This document shows positions 16,408 through 26,536 of a DNA stretch of 64,000 nucleotides, in pieces (the stretch's first letter is position 1; every line of letters starts with the position of its first letter). The notes beneath the pieces were generated by a model. It searched no databases. It was not told the DNA's origin and saw only the letters and a program-made list of their open reading frames with translations. A program made the position numbers and the translations under genes. The stretch lies in the IMG/VR virus record IMGVR_UViG_3300017912_003267, one strand, 5' to 3'. Source of the DNA: an uncultured virus (IMG/VR IMGVR_UViG_3300017912_003267) (taxonomy: Duplodnaviria; Heunggongvirae; Uroviricota; Caudoviricetes).

Positions 16408-18588
16408 ATGGCACACGGATTTAATTCGTATCAACAACCAACTTATGGCAATCTTTCTTCTTATATTGGGGGGAAGGTTAAAGATTCTTTTGCCATGGCG
16501 GCAGACGAAAGACGTGCTAGAGATGAAGAAGTCAAGACTCTCCAAGCAAAAGAAGAAAGGACAGAAGAAGAAACGGAGAGACTAAATTTTTTAACCAAAC
16601 AACAGGGGAGAAAGAAAGGATCTTTCTTCGGTAAAGCTTTATCTGCTCAGTTTGGTGGAGATAAATTACGTAGAACACAAGGATATTTTAAAAAAAATCC
16701 TGACGATACACAAGATCCATCACTCACAAAAGAACAAAGATTTTCTGCTTTATTAAATAGAGCAGAAATACCAGACGCTCCACTACCACCACCACCCGAT
16801 GATCTTGACCCCATGGATTATGGGGATGGTAATGCTCAAGCGCCTGTACCTCAGCAATCATTGTTAGATAAGTTACTGTCTCACATTAAATCTTCTTACG
16901 AAAGAATTGGCGCTAAAGTATCAGCATTACAGTCAGCAGAATCAAAAACATCTGCTGTAAAAGAGAAAGATAATACAACACTTGCTAAGATTACATCCAC
17001 ACTTGATAGCATCAAACAATACTTCAATAAAGATAATCAACTTAAAATTGAAGAAAATAATATCGAGAAACAAAAACTTTCTATAGAAAGGGATGGTCTT
17101 GATGATGCCAAGGCAGCTAGAGCAGAAGCAAACTTAGAGAAGGGGGAGGACTTAAGTACATTTGGAGATGTAGAACCAGCTAAAGAGGGTAAAAGTATAT
17201 TCAAGACTCTAACAGATGGGGTTGGAAACCTTTTTAAAATGTTTGGCAAGAAGAAATCCAAAGGTGTTATGCCACAGTCTAAGGCATATAGTAATCCCAT
17301 TGGACCACAACCAATGAATTCTTCTACACCATGGGCAGCAAAAGGTGCTGGTGATCGTGGTGGTATGTTTGGTAATATGGGTTTCACTCCCAGACTACCT
17401 GCCACAAAATTATCCGAGGGTGGTATTGTTGACAACCCCACGATAACTAAGTTAAATCCAGGTGATTCAGTCATTCCCTTGAATAGAAACAATGCTCTTG
17501 CCCAATCTTTTAAGGCAGCAGGACCAGTGGTAGGTGCTGATATAGCACAACCAATGGCAGAGATTATTCAATTACCAACCAAGGTTGGTGGTGGGTTATT
17601 AGTTGGATTGATGTCTAAAGTGACAGAAAAACTTGGCGGATTATCTACGATATTAAAACCTGCTATTGAACGTGTTGCCCAACCTATAGTAAAAATGTTT
17701 GGGTTACCAGCAACTGTTGTCTCTGCTATGTTTGGTGGAGCACCAGCAGCAGCGGCTACTATGGATCTAGATTTTGATCTATCAAAGTTCTTTGATCCCA
17801 AGTCAGAATCAACACAACCAACACAACCGTCTGGTGGTCCTGGTGGTCCAGCAGCAGCACCTAATTTATCAGGAACTAGTGTTGTTAATGAAGTAACAGG
17901 AGACGGATTGTTATTATCTGCTGCTCAAGGTGGTCATGCTGAAGTTGGTGTTACTAGTGGATTTGGACCTCGTAGTTCTCCTGGTGGTGTTGGTTCAACT
18001 AACCATCAGGGTGTAGACATTGGAACCAGTGGACAGAAAGGATATAAGGTTGCTTTCAAACGTGGAGGAACTGTTACTCATGCTGGCACTGCTGGAGGAT
18101 TTGGCAACCTAGTTATCATTAAAGATGAAGATGGTACTGAGTATTACTTTGGACACCTCGCTAATATTAACCCAGACATCAGGGTTGGTGCTGAGTACAC
18201 TGGTCAAACTATTGGCGAGATTGGTAACACTGGCACAGGAACTGGAGAACATTTACACTTCGAGAAGCATCCCAATGGTGGTGCTGCTGTTAATCCTATC
18301 AATGACATCGGTCTGCTATCTATTGGTAAGGAAACACGAAGTCTACCTGCCAATGATGCTCCACAAATTGATCTTGCTGGTCTCAATAAACCAGACTCTC
18401 CCGACACTACAGTTAATATAGATACTTCACAGTTACAACAAACATCTCCTGCTCTTGCTCAAATTGTACAGATGAATCAGCAGATGGCACAGAAACAAGA
18501 GAGACCTGTTTTATCTACTCCTGGGTTATCTGGGTTGACTGTTAGGGATCCTTCTGACATCGATTTCTCTTATGCTTTCCAATTCTAA
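16408..18588 (+). CDS. Paralogous hub/tape-measure-like protein with C-terminal M23 peptidase
   Basis: TSGFGPR, HQGVD (HxxxD), YYFGHL, HLHFE (HxH); CTAAATA at 16381. Confidence 0.85.
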   Translation: MAHGFNSYQQPTYGNLSSYIGGKVKDSFAMAADERRARDEEVKTLQAKEERTEEETERLNFLTKQQGRKKGSFFGKALSAQFGGDKLRRTQGYFKKNPDDTQDPSLTKEQRFSALLNRAEIPDAPLPPPPDDLDPMDYGDGNAQAPVPQQSLLDKLLSHIKSSYERIGAKVSALQSAESKTSAVKEKDNTTLAKITSTLDSIKQYFNKDNQLKIEENNIEKQKLSIERDGLDDAKAARAEANLEKGEDLSTFGDVEPAKEGKSIFKTLTDGVGNLFKMFGKKKSKGVMPQSKAYSNPIGPQPMNSSTPWAAKGAGDRGGMFGNMGFTPRLPATKLSEGGIVDNPTITKLNPGDSVIPLNRNNALAQSFKAAGPVVGADIAQPMAEIIQLPTKVGGGLLVGLMSKVTEKLGGLSTILKPAIERVAQPIVKMFGLPATVVSAMFGGAPAAAATMDLDFDLSKFFDPKSESTQPTQPSGGPGGPAAAPNLSGTSVVNEVTGDGLLLSAAQGGHAEVGVTSGFGPRSSPGGVGSTNHQGVDIGTSGQKGYKVAFKRGGTVTHAGTAGGFGNLVIIKDEDGTEYYFGHLANINPDIRVGAEYTGQTIGEIGNTGTGTGEHLHFEKHPNGGAAVNPINDIGLLSIGKETRSLPANDAPQIDLAGLNKPDSPDTTVNIDTSQLQQTSPALAQIVQMNQQMAQKQERPVLSTPGLSGLTVRDPSDIDFSYAFQF

Positions 18589-19982
18589 TGGCAAATACAA
18601 ACGTAAATTCTATTGAAATTAAAGAAGTATTTTTTTATGACGTGAGAGGTGGTAAGCATGATCTCACATCAGCTGCTACTGGATTTTTTTATTATGAAAG
18701 TATATTTAAACCTTTTGTGTCTGGTGTTATAAACATTGCTGACTCTGGTAGTAACTTCATCGGAACATTGCCAATTCAAGGTGGGGAAAGAGTCACTATC
18801 AAGATCAAAGATGTGTTTGATGATGAGTATGAGTTTGATCTACATGTATGGAAAATATACAACAGAACGTTCACTAAAAATTTACAAACATATAATTTGG
18901 CATTGATATCTAAAGAAGCGTTGTTTAATGAGGGTGTTAGATTAACTGAGATCTTAAAGGGGACGCCTGATGCTATCGTAAAGAAAATTTTAACAAATTA
19001 TTTGAACACCGAGAAAGAAGTTAACGTAGAAAACTGTAAGTATCAAGTTAACTTCTTCCCCAATGGCAAGAAGGCACACAGTATCATACAAAGTTTGGCA
19101 CAGAAATCTGTACCGAACTCATCATCTTCAACAAAAGGTAACGCCGATAAAACTACAGCAGCAGCGAAGACAGGACTCTCTGGTGACACAAAGAAAGCAT
19201 CGGGGACAGCTGGATACTTATTCTTTGAAAACAGGGATGGATTTAACTTCAGATCTATTGACTATTACTACAGTACAGGTGCTGATAAATTTGGCGGCAC
19301 AGAAGAAGTAGCAACGTATGAAGTCAAACCAAACCAAGACAATCCCGATCGTTATACTATAGAAAATTATGGATTTACTAATGAAATTGACATCATCGAA
19401 CAGATGAGAAATGGAACTTACTCCAGTCATTTAGTATCCTATAATTACTCGACAGGTTTCTATGAAGAGTACAGATATAATTTACAAGAAAATTACGATA
19501 GCATGGCACACCTAGGTAGTCAAGCACAACTAGGTAAAATGCAGAAGGAGTTGTCAATCAATCCTAGTAGAGTCATGACAGTTTTAATTGATCATGAGAC
19601 ATGGCATGATGAAGAGACGCCAGGATCAACGGAGCAGAGAGATAATCCTGATGGCAACGGATCAAATTATCCAGACTATCAGAAACATTGGCTCGCCCAG
19701 AGTATTGCTAGAAGATATTTCATGGAGAATCAGAAACTGGAGATAGAAATTCCTGGAAACATGGAGTTATCAGTTGGCGATAAGATTGAAGTCAAACTAC
19801 CAAATATGGCAGCAGAAACTGTCAGACAAACAGAAAGATATGACTTGGAAAATAGCGGTACGTACTTGATTGCTTCTCTATCACATAACAATGTCTTCCT
19901 AAATAGTAGCATGTGTACTACTAGACTTGAATTGATAAGGGATATTTACGGCATGAAAGATTACTCAAGCAATGTAAAGTGA
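18588..19982 (+). CDS. Baseplate hub-like tail protein (gp27-like position)
   Basis: YYESIF, GYLFFENRDGFNFRSID, IPGN..LSVGD, SGTYLI; directly upstream of gp5. Confidence 0.65.
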   Translation: MANTNVNSIEIKEVFFYDVRGGKHDLTSAATGFFYYESIFKPFVSGVINIADSGSNFIGTLPIQGGERVTIKIKDVFDDEYEFDLHVWKIYNRTFTKNLQTYNLALISKEALFNEGVRLTEILKGTPDAIVKKILTNYLNTEKEVNVENCKYQVNFFPNGKKAHSIIQSLAQKSVPNSSSSTKGNADKTTAAAKTGLSGDTKKASGTAGYLFFENRDGFNFRSIDYYYSTGADKFGGTEEVATYEVKPNQDNPDRYTIENYGFTNEIDIIEQMRNGTYSSHLVSYNYSTGFYEEYRYNLQENYDSMAHLGSQAQLGKMQKELSINPSRVMTVLIDHETWHDEETPGSTEQRDNPDGNGSNYPDYQKHWLAQSIARRYFMENQKLEIEIPGNMELSVGDKIEVKLPNMAAETVRQTERYDLENSGTYLIASLSHNNVFLNSSMCTTRLELIRDIYGMKDYSSNVK

Positions 19983-19983
19983 T

Positions 19984-22900
19984 ATGGATCCAGCAGTATC
20001 TTCACTCTTTCCCATACATCAGATTGGTGCTGACGGATTCTCTTGGTGGGTCGGTCAGATTGAAACTGAAAAGCATGGCGATCCAAAAAAGTCTGGTAGA
20101 TATCGTGTACGTATTGTAGGTCAGCATCTAAAAGACTGTGATGCTACTACCACGGAACAGTTGCCGTGGGCAAATGTAATGATGCCTGTTACCACACCTT
20201 TCAGTGATGGTGGTGCTACTGGAGCTACAGTAGACCTAAGACAGGGTAATTGGGTTGTAGGATTCTACTTAGACAATGACAAACAAAAACCTATCATCAT
20301 GGGATCCATCGGTCATACAGCTGGTGCTACCCAACGATCCAATGTTCAATCCGATCCTAATCCTGGGGAGACATGTAAATCTTTTAGTACGTTTTTACAG
20401 GAGTCAAATCCATCTCTCCATAAACCACTGGGATCGAAAGAGAAGAGGAATGGTGACCAACCAGCAAGTAGCACCACCGCCGAGGACACTGGAGTTACTT
20501 CTGTGGGGGAAGCAGGGCAGATAGCAGCTGCTGTTCCTGGTCAAATGCCACCAGCATTCTATGGATTGTTTGCTGAAGCATCTACCACAAATCCGACAGG
20601 AAATAAAGTATGTGTAGAAATTGCTAACCCCAACTGTGGATCTGAAAATGATTTAAAGGGTGGACTCACCACAATCATTGGCGAGATGCTCAAGGCGACA
20701 CAACAATCTGGTGGAAACTTGGGGTCGTTTTACGTTAGTAAAATCAATGGAGAACTAAACAACTACATTGATCATGGCATGGAATATGTCAACAAAGCAG
20801 TTAGATTAGTAAAAAGTTTTATTGCTAGAGTTAAAGGCGAGATTGTAAAATTAATTCGGGAAGGTGTTGACCAGTTAGTACAACTCATTCTGTATGAAGA
20901 AGTAGCAGCAGAAACTGTTGAGAAAGCAGTTGCCAAAGCAAAAACGTCGGAGATTGATAATGTTTCAGAAGCAGAAGAACCTGCCACTAAAACACAGTCT
21001 AGACTCAAACCAATTCTAGATGCCATCAATGATGTACTAGATGATCTTGGATGTTCTATGGCAGACCTGACTGATCGTCTTGCCAGGTGGTTGACTGATC
21101 TTCTTTTAGGTTATTTGATGGATGCTTTCTCCAATGCTGCTTGCTTAGTTGATAGCGTTGTCAATGGTATCCTCAATCAAATCTTAGCGTTTATTGAAAG
21201 TTTGATCGGTAATGTTCTTGGTCCATTACAACAACTCTTACAACTATTAGCATCACCATTAGATATTATTGGTAACGCTATTAACAAAGTATTAAATCTG
21301 CTTGGAATTTCTTGTGATGGTCCAGCAGCAAAGTGTGAGGAGTTTTTGAAAGAGTGTACTGATTGTGGAGTTGGTGAAACTGAAGATTGGTTGGACAAGT
21401 TGATTGATGATATTGAAAGTGGAAATCTCGATAACACAACATATGTTTGTGATGAGGCAAAGAATACCAGTGCCAAAGATTCTTTACCTCCAACCAACAT
21501 TATTTTTATTGGTGGAACATTCCCACCTGGAGATCCAACGGATGATGGTATACCAACAGACATTTTTGTCTCTTATTCCTTCAATGATATTGAAGTTACT
21601 GAGGGAGAGCAAGCAGTATTTACAATCACTAGAGGTGGTAACGTATCGAGTGCTTCCAGTATTACATTCACTATCCTCGGCGGAACTGCTGAAGAAGGTG
21701 TAGATTATGATAAAATTTACTCTGGAAGTTCTGTAGGTTTTGCTCCTGGGTCAACCGAAAGAACTATTGAGTTTGAGACATACAAAGATACACAAACCGA
21801 AGGACCAGAAACATTCTTCATTAAGATTGAAGAAAATGTTACACCTGAAGGACTAATTGCTACTTTTCCTGGTGGCAATGTTAAGAAGTGTACGATCGAC
21901 GATTTTTCCAGCGAAGATCTATCACCACCACCTAATTTACCACCAGACAGTCCATATGTTCCACCAGTATTAGTCACTGTAACACCTGTACAAACTACTC
22001 CTATTCTTGGAACTACATTTGTTCCAGAAGATGTACAAACTATCTCTATCACTACAGATAAAACATTCTATAGTGAGGGGGAGACTATTAGATATACTGT
22101 AGATTCTTCGGGTTATCCACCTGGCACAGTGTTTACATATACTATTGAAGGTGATGTGAATGAAGATGATATTGAAGGTGGTCTGACAGGATCATTTACT
22201 ATTGGATCTACTGGAGCATCAGCATTTTCTAGAGAGATTTTAGTGAATGAAGATGTTGAGGATGATGTAGATCCTTTAGAATCTATTACATTATTTGTTG
22301 ATGGCACTCAAGCATATGCCAACGCTTTCATTCTTGCTGGAGATGATGCTGACAATACACAAATTCGTTGGTCTGTGTCAAGTGACGTAAGTTATATTCG
22401 TGAAGGAGAAACAGCAACATTTACTGTTACTACATTAAATGTACCTGACGGCACGAACTTTACTTATGTTTTAGAGGGAACGATTACAGAGACTGATATT
22501 GTTGGTTACAGATTAGAATCTAGCGTTGACATTGATGCTAGACCACTACAAATTATTGACAATCAGTGTATTATTCCTATTCAAGCTACACAAGACGGTG
22601 AAGTTGAGGAAACAGAATATTTTGACTTTAGAATCAAATCATATGTTGATAGTAATGGAGACACACAAGTTGTTGAGAATGTAAGTACACAAGTTGTTAT
22701 TTTGGCGGCAGAAGAAGTTGATGATGACACCATCCCATTATATTCTGTCACCACAGATAAACTAGAGTATAACGAGGGAGAAACAATCGTTTATACTATC
22801 AACACACAAAATGTTCCCAATGGTACTCTCCTACAGTATACACTGTACGGCGATGGTATCAAGAAGACAGATGTTATTCCCGAATCTTTATTTGGTACAT

Positions 22901-23607
22901 TCACTGTGATAAACAGTGAAGCAACCGTTTACATTGGCATTGCTGAAGATAATGATATAGAAGAATCTGAAGTTATGACTTTTGTTATTAATGGTACAGG
23001 TGCTACGGCTGATGTTGTTATTATTAATACATCAGACGACGAGGACAAACCAGAACCACCTCCACAAAAACCATGCCTAGACAAACCCGTTGCTGGTAAA
23101 CCGATCACAGATGCCAATGGAAGCATCATTAGTATTCCGATTATTGATAAAGGTTGTCCTTATATCTTCCCACCGAAAGTTATTATTACTGGACCAGGAT
23201 ATGGAGCTTCTGCTGTCGCCTTAACAGATCCTAGCGGCAAAGTTAGTGAGGTTCGTGTTACTAGAACTGGTACAGGATACAATCTCAATGAACCAGGAGA
23301 ACTACGTTGTGTAATCGACTCTTATACAATCATTAGTCCTGGACAAGGATATACAGAAGCACCTGATGTGTATATTGATGGCATTGCTGGTCGTGCTACA
23401 GCGATCATAGATGAGCGAGGATATGTAATTAGTATCCAACCAACAGATAGAACATCTACATGGAACGAGATACCGATTGTTAGAATTGTGGGTGGCGGAG
23501 GATCTGGTGCCCGTGTTGTTCCTTCTGTTGTCTGCCTAGATACTAAGGAGTATGAAGATCAGGGTTATGCCAAGATTGGCACTGGTCGTTATGTTGATTG
23601 CCCATAA
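19984..23607 (+). CDS. gp5: Baseplate hub gp5 N-terminal OB-fold protein with Calx-beta-like repeats
   Basis: FSWWVGQIE, GRYRVRIVGQH, LPWA, VVGFYLD..KQKPIIMG; EGE-repeat Ig-like domains. Confidence 0.85.
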   Translation: MDPAVSSLFPIHQIGADGFSWWVGQIETEKHGDPKKSGRYRVRIVGQHLKDCDATTTEQLPWANVMMPVTTPFSDGGATGATVDLRQGNWVVGFYLDNDKQKPIIMGSIGHTAGATQRSNVQSDPNPGETCKSFSTFLQESNPSLHKPLGSKEKRNGDQPASSTTAEDTGVTSVGEAGQIAAAVPGQMPPAFYGLFAEASTTNPTGNKVCVEIANPNCGSENDLKGGLTTIIGEMLKATQQSGGNLGSFYVSKINGELNNYIDHGMEYVNKAVRLVKSFIARVKGEIVKLIREGVDQLVQLILYEEVAAETVEKAVAKAKTSEIDNVSEAEEPATKTQSRLKPILDAINDVLDDLGCSMADLTDRLARWLTDLLLGYLMDAFSNAACLVDSVVNGILNQILAFIESLIGNVLGPLQQLLQLLASPLDIIGNAINKVLNLLGISCDGPAAKCEEFLKECTDCGVGETEDWLDKLIDDIESGNLDNTTYVCDEAKNTSAKDSLPPTNIIFIGGTFPPGDPTDDGIPTDIFVSYSFNDIEVTEGEQAVFTITRGGNVSSASSITFTILGGTAEEGVDYDKIYSGSSVGFAPGSTERTIEFETYKDTQTEGPETFFIKIEENVTPEGLIATFPGGNVKKCTIDDFSSEDLSPPPNLPPDSPYVPPVLVTVTPVQTTPILGTTFVPEDVQTISITTDKTFYSEGETIRYTVDSSGYPPGTVFTYTIEGDVNEDDIEGGLTGSFTIGSTGASAFSREILVNEDVEDDVDPLESITLFVDGTQAYANAFILAGDDADNTQIRWSVSSDVSYIREGETATFTVTTLNVPDGTNFTYVLEGTITETDIVGYRLESSVDIDARPLQIIDNQCIIPIQATQDGEVEETEYFDFRIKSYVDSNGDTQVVENVSTQVVILAAEEVDDDTIPLYSVTTDKLEYNEGETIVYTINTQNVPNGTLLQYTLYGDGIKKTDVIPESLFGTFTVINSEATVYIGIAEDNDIEESEVMTFVINGTGATADVVIINTSDDEDKPEPPPQKPCLDKPVAGKPITDANGSIISIPIIDKGCPYIFPPKVIITGPGYGASAVALTDPSGKVSEVRVTRTGTGYNLNEPGELRCVIDSYTIISPGQGYTEAPDVYIDGIAGRATAIIDERGYVISIQPTDRTSTWNEIPIVRIVGGGGSGARVVPSVVCLDTKEYEDQGYAKIGTGRYVDCP

Positions 23608-23613
23608 AGAATT

Positions 23614-24813
23614 ATGCCAGACTCAGTAAACCAACCACCATCAGAAGAAACCCAAAGTAAAGTTGCTGGGGGATTTAATTATGACCCAGCTTTAGCTGAA
23701 AACTATTGGGCAGAAGGTCCCACCCCAGATTTTTCACAAGTCATCGGTGGATTTAATTTAACATCGTATAGTTTCTCGGATGGTAGTCAAGGTCTAGCAC
23801 TTTACAATGGTAAAGTTGCTTTACACTTTGATAACAATAATAATATCACATTAGCTGCTGGACCACCAGGACAGTCTGGTTGTGGTGGAAAAATGATTAC
23901 CAATGTTCAACAACAATTAACAAAGGCAAAGTCAGTTGTTGTTGAAGTAACTGGACGAGATGATGGTGGTGTTGTTGATAAGAAAGCAGATGAAAATGGT
24001 AATGTAGACGAGTCATCTCTTCCATCATATTCATTAAAAGTTTATGGTCCTGTAACGATTGAGGCATTGGGTGGAGATGTTGCTATTAAAGGTGATAACG
24101 TAACCATCAATTCTGGTAGCACATTAAACTTACGATCGAATAAAGACATCAACATTTCGGCAGGAGAAAATGGAGGAAAGATAAACCTTACAGGATCTTC
24201 TGTCAATATGGAAGCCGCCTTTTTTAACAAAAATTTAAGTGGTGGTGATTATACTAGTGGCGCTGGTGAAGTGAAAGTTGATCAAAATAAACCAGGATCA
24301 ACTGTTAGCGTTAACACGCCAGGTAGTGTGAGATATGTTGTTAATGGTTCATATAGTTTAGGTGTAAAGGGAGAATTCAAGACAGATGTTACTGGCAATT
24401 ATATCTTAAATGTTGATAGAGATTATGGTGCTAAAATTTTGGGTGACTATGCCAATGTAGTACAAGGAAAGGGACTTACAAAAATCAATGGCATTGGTTC
24501 AAGATCATCTCAGATGCAGAATTATCTTATCGATGTTCTTCCCAATAGTAAAAAACAGATCCCTGGGTTTGAAATAAATTCGAGCAGTCTATTGAAATTC
24601 ACAAATAGAGAGGGTGGATTTAAATTTGAAGTTGGTAAGAATCTTGCTTCAATGGCTCTCGAACAATCTAAATTTAGTGTCGAGACGGGTCCTAAATTGG
24701 GTGCTATAAATATCGACAGCAAATCAGCAACATTAGAGTTTGGCAAGTCTTCTAAGGTAAGTGTAACTCCATCGGAAGTTTCTGTTGTTGCTCCTATGAT
24801 TTACCTAAATTGA
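23614..24813 (+). CDS. Probable gp5 C-terminal beta-helix/spike-like protein
   Basis: V.G.Y repeats, Gly/Val/Ile-rich, ends IYLN; follows gp5. Confidence 0.55.
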   Translation: MPDSVNQPPSEETQSKVAGGFNYDPALAENYWAEGPTPDFSQVIGGFNLTSYSFSDGSQGLALYNGKVALHFDNNNNITLAAGPPGQSGCGGKMITNVQQQLTKAKSVVVEVTGRDDGGVVDKKADENGNVDESSLPSYSLKVYGPVTIEALGGDVAIKGDNVTINSGSTLNLRSNKDINISAGENGGKINLTGSSVNMEAAFFNKNLSGGDYTSGAGEVKVDQNKPGSTVSVNTPGSVRYVVNGSYSLGVKGEFKTDVTGNYILNVDRDYGAKILGDYANVVQGKGLTKINGIGSRSSQMQNYLIDVLPNSKKQIPGFEINSSSLLKFTNREGGFKFEVGKNLASMALEQSKFSVETGPKLGAINIDSKSATLEFGKSSKVSVTPSEVSVVAPMIYLN

Positions 24814-24828
24814 AATTTCAATTCCATG

Positions 24829-24874
24829 AATTTGGAAAAAAATTCTCCGCTATTTTTTTGCTAAAAAAGTTGAT
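24829..24874 (+). repeat. 46-bp A/T-tract element, copy 2
   Basis: Gapless match to 12344-12389. Confidence 0.6.
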
Positions 24875-25480
24875 ATGATTTACGATAGACATAATATAAC
24901 AGAAATTAATAATTGTAATCCCGAAGGATTTCTTTATCCTTTTTTGAAATTTATTAAAACTCCCGAATTTATGTGGCAGTGGGGATACATACTTCCAGAA
25001 GAGGGAAAATTCAAAACGGATTTACAAGAATCTTGGAATAGACATATGTGTCGATTGCTTTATTTCAAGAAAAATCCTCTATATGGTAAAGAAGTGATTG
25101 AAAATTATATTGGTAATAGTACCCTATGTATTAATACACAAGCATTAAAACTATTGAGACCTCTTTTTAAAGAACTAGGAATTAAAAAAGGAGAGTTAGA
25201 AAAAGTCAAAATTAATTTGACACCATGTAAACCTGAAAACGCTTTTTCTGGATGGCATAACGACCCAGAAGAAAAATATTCGGGAAAAGGAATGACTGCT
25301 ATTTACTATTTTAACACATGTAATGGAAAAACATTATTTAAAGAACCTTACAGAGAAGTGCCTAGCGAAAGGGGAAAAATGGTTGTATTTCCCAATGAAA
25401 TGTTACATGGAGGAACATTTCAAACCGACGCCCCAGAAAGAATGGTTTTGAATATCAATTGGATACTTGACAGATCCTGA
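24875..25480 (+). CDS. 2OG-Fe(II) oxygenase
   Basis: WHND (HxD), AIYYFNTCNGKTLF, distal H (MLHG), RMVLNIN. Confidence 0.85.
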   Translation: MIYDRHNITEINNCNPEGFLYPFLKFIKTPEFMWQWGYILPEEGKFKTDLQESWNRHMCRLLYFKKNPLYGKEVIENYIGNSTLCINTQALKLLRPLFKELGIKKGELEKVKINLTPCKPENAFSGWHNDPEEKYSGKGMTAIYYFNTCNGKTLFKEPYREVPSERGKMVVFPNEMLHGGTFQTDAPERMVLNINWILDRS

Positions 25481-25495
25481 GAAACCCAGTACAAT
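25467..25495 (+). promoter_or_regulatory. sigma70 promoter for tRNA
   Basis: TTGACA-N17-TACAAT. Confidence 0.8.
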
Positions 25496-25521
25496 AACTC
25501 TGTCAGGGTTCAAAAGGACAA

Positions 25522-25594
25522 GCTCCTTTAGCAATCTGGTGAATGCAGCGAACTCATAATTCGCCTAAGGTGGGTTCGATCCCCTCAAGGAGCA
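25522..25594 (+). tRNA. tRNA with CAT anticodon (likely Ile2, otherwise elongator Met)
   Basis: GCTCCTT/AAGGAGC acceptor, GCGAA-CTCATAA-TTCGC anticodon arm, TTCGATC T-loop. Confidence 0.9.
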
Positions 25595-25623
25595 TTGACA
25601 GAAACAAAGCGTTCTGCTATAAT
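25595..25623 (+). promoter_or_regulatory. sigma70 promoter for tRNA-Leu
   Basis: TTGACA-N17-TATAAT with extended -10 TG. Confidence 0.85.
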
Positions 25624-25636
25624 TCTGTCATATCAA

Positions 25637-25720
25637 GGGACGGTGGTGGAATCGGTAGACACACCAGACTTAAAATCTGTCGGGCATATGCCTGTGAGGG
25701 TTCAAGTCCCTCTCGTCCTA
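25637..25720 (+). tRNA. tRNA-Leu(TAA)
   Basis: CAGA-CTTAAAA-TCTG anticodon arm, long variable arm, GAGGG-TTCAAGT-CCCTC. Confidence 0.93.
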
Positions 25721-25725
25721 TTCAC

Positions 25726-25733
25726 CATAAATA
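25726..25733 (+). promoter_or_regulatory. Late promoter upstream of the cpeT operon
   Basis: CATAAATA 20 nt before ATG 25753. Confidence 0.6.
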
Positions 25734-25752
25734 GTTATGTGTGGAAAACAAC

Positions 25753-26019
25753 ATGAAGTATACTCTTTCTCAGTCTTATTCCTTTTATCTTGGTAAAGTT
25801 GTTAGAATGTACTTCATTAATGGGATGCCTTATACATTCGACGAATTACCTTTGTTAGTTCAAGATCATCCTGACGTACAGTCCGAGGCATTGGAAGGTA
25901 GAGATTGGGATGACGAAGAAATGTTTAGGATATCCAATTACTTGATGATGGAAGAATGCCATCCTTTAATGTATGATATTGAAGTAGATAATCCTGCTCT
26001 ATTACCACAAGATGATTGA
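25753..26019 (+). CDS. Conserved cyanophage hypothetical protein
   Basis: VVRMYFINGMPYTFDEL; overlaps the cpeT start (GTG 25741 is an alternative start). Confidence 0.75.
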   Translation: MKYTLSQSYSFYLGKVVRMYFINGMPYTFDELPLLVQDHPDVQSEALEGRDWDDEEMFRISNYLMMEECHPLMYDIEVDNPALLPQDD

Positions 26020-26536
26020 AACCTTAAATAAATGGTTAGAAGGAAAGTTTGAAAATAAAATTCAAGCATTCTCATGGCCTTCAAAGTATGCTTACATAAG
26101 AGTCACTCATATTCCTGTGTTTGATGGATTTTTTTATGGCGAGCAAGCATACAATTATCAAGTAAAAAAACCCTATAGGCAATTTGTTCTCAAACCAACA
26201 GTAACTGATTCTGGTATTACTATTCTTAATTATGAAATTGTTGGTAAAGAACAATTTGCTGGGGTAAAAAATCTTGACAGATTAAGTCTAGACATGTTAC
26301 GATTGAAAAATGGTTGTGATGTCAATCTCACATTTGATGGATCTGCTTTTGTTGGTGGGTTGACAGGATGTGATTGTTATGTAAAATGGAGTGGTAAAGA
26401 CACTTATCTACAAAATGAAATCAAACTAACCGAAACACATTATTATGTGAAAGACTTAGGATTTGATCAAAAACTAGGACATCAAATCTGGGGATCTAGA
26501 TACGGTCCTTTTGAATTTAAAAAAATGCCCCTGTAG
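26012..26536 (+). CDS. cpeT: CpcT/CpeT (T-type) phycobiliprotein lyase
   Basis: G.F.N..QA...P, YGEQAY...PYRQF, GCD, D.GFD...QIWGS..GPFEF. Confidence 0.92.
   Translation: MIETLNKWLEGKFENKIQAFSWPSKYAYIRVTHIPVFDGFFYGEQAYNYQVKKPYRQFVLKPTVTDSGITILNYEIVGKEQFAGVKNLDRLSLDMLRLKNGCDVNLTFDGSAFVGGLTGCDCYVKWSGKDTYLQNEIKLTETHYYVKDLGFDQKLGHQIWGSRYGPFEFKKMPL

Noticed and set aside
25543..25734. 63-aa ORF in the ORF track
   Set aside because: Lies across two tRNA genes and a promoter.
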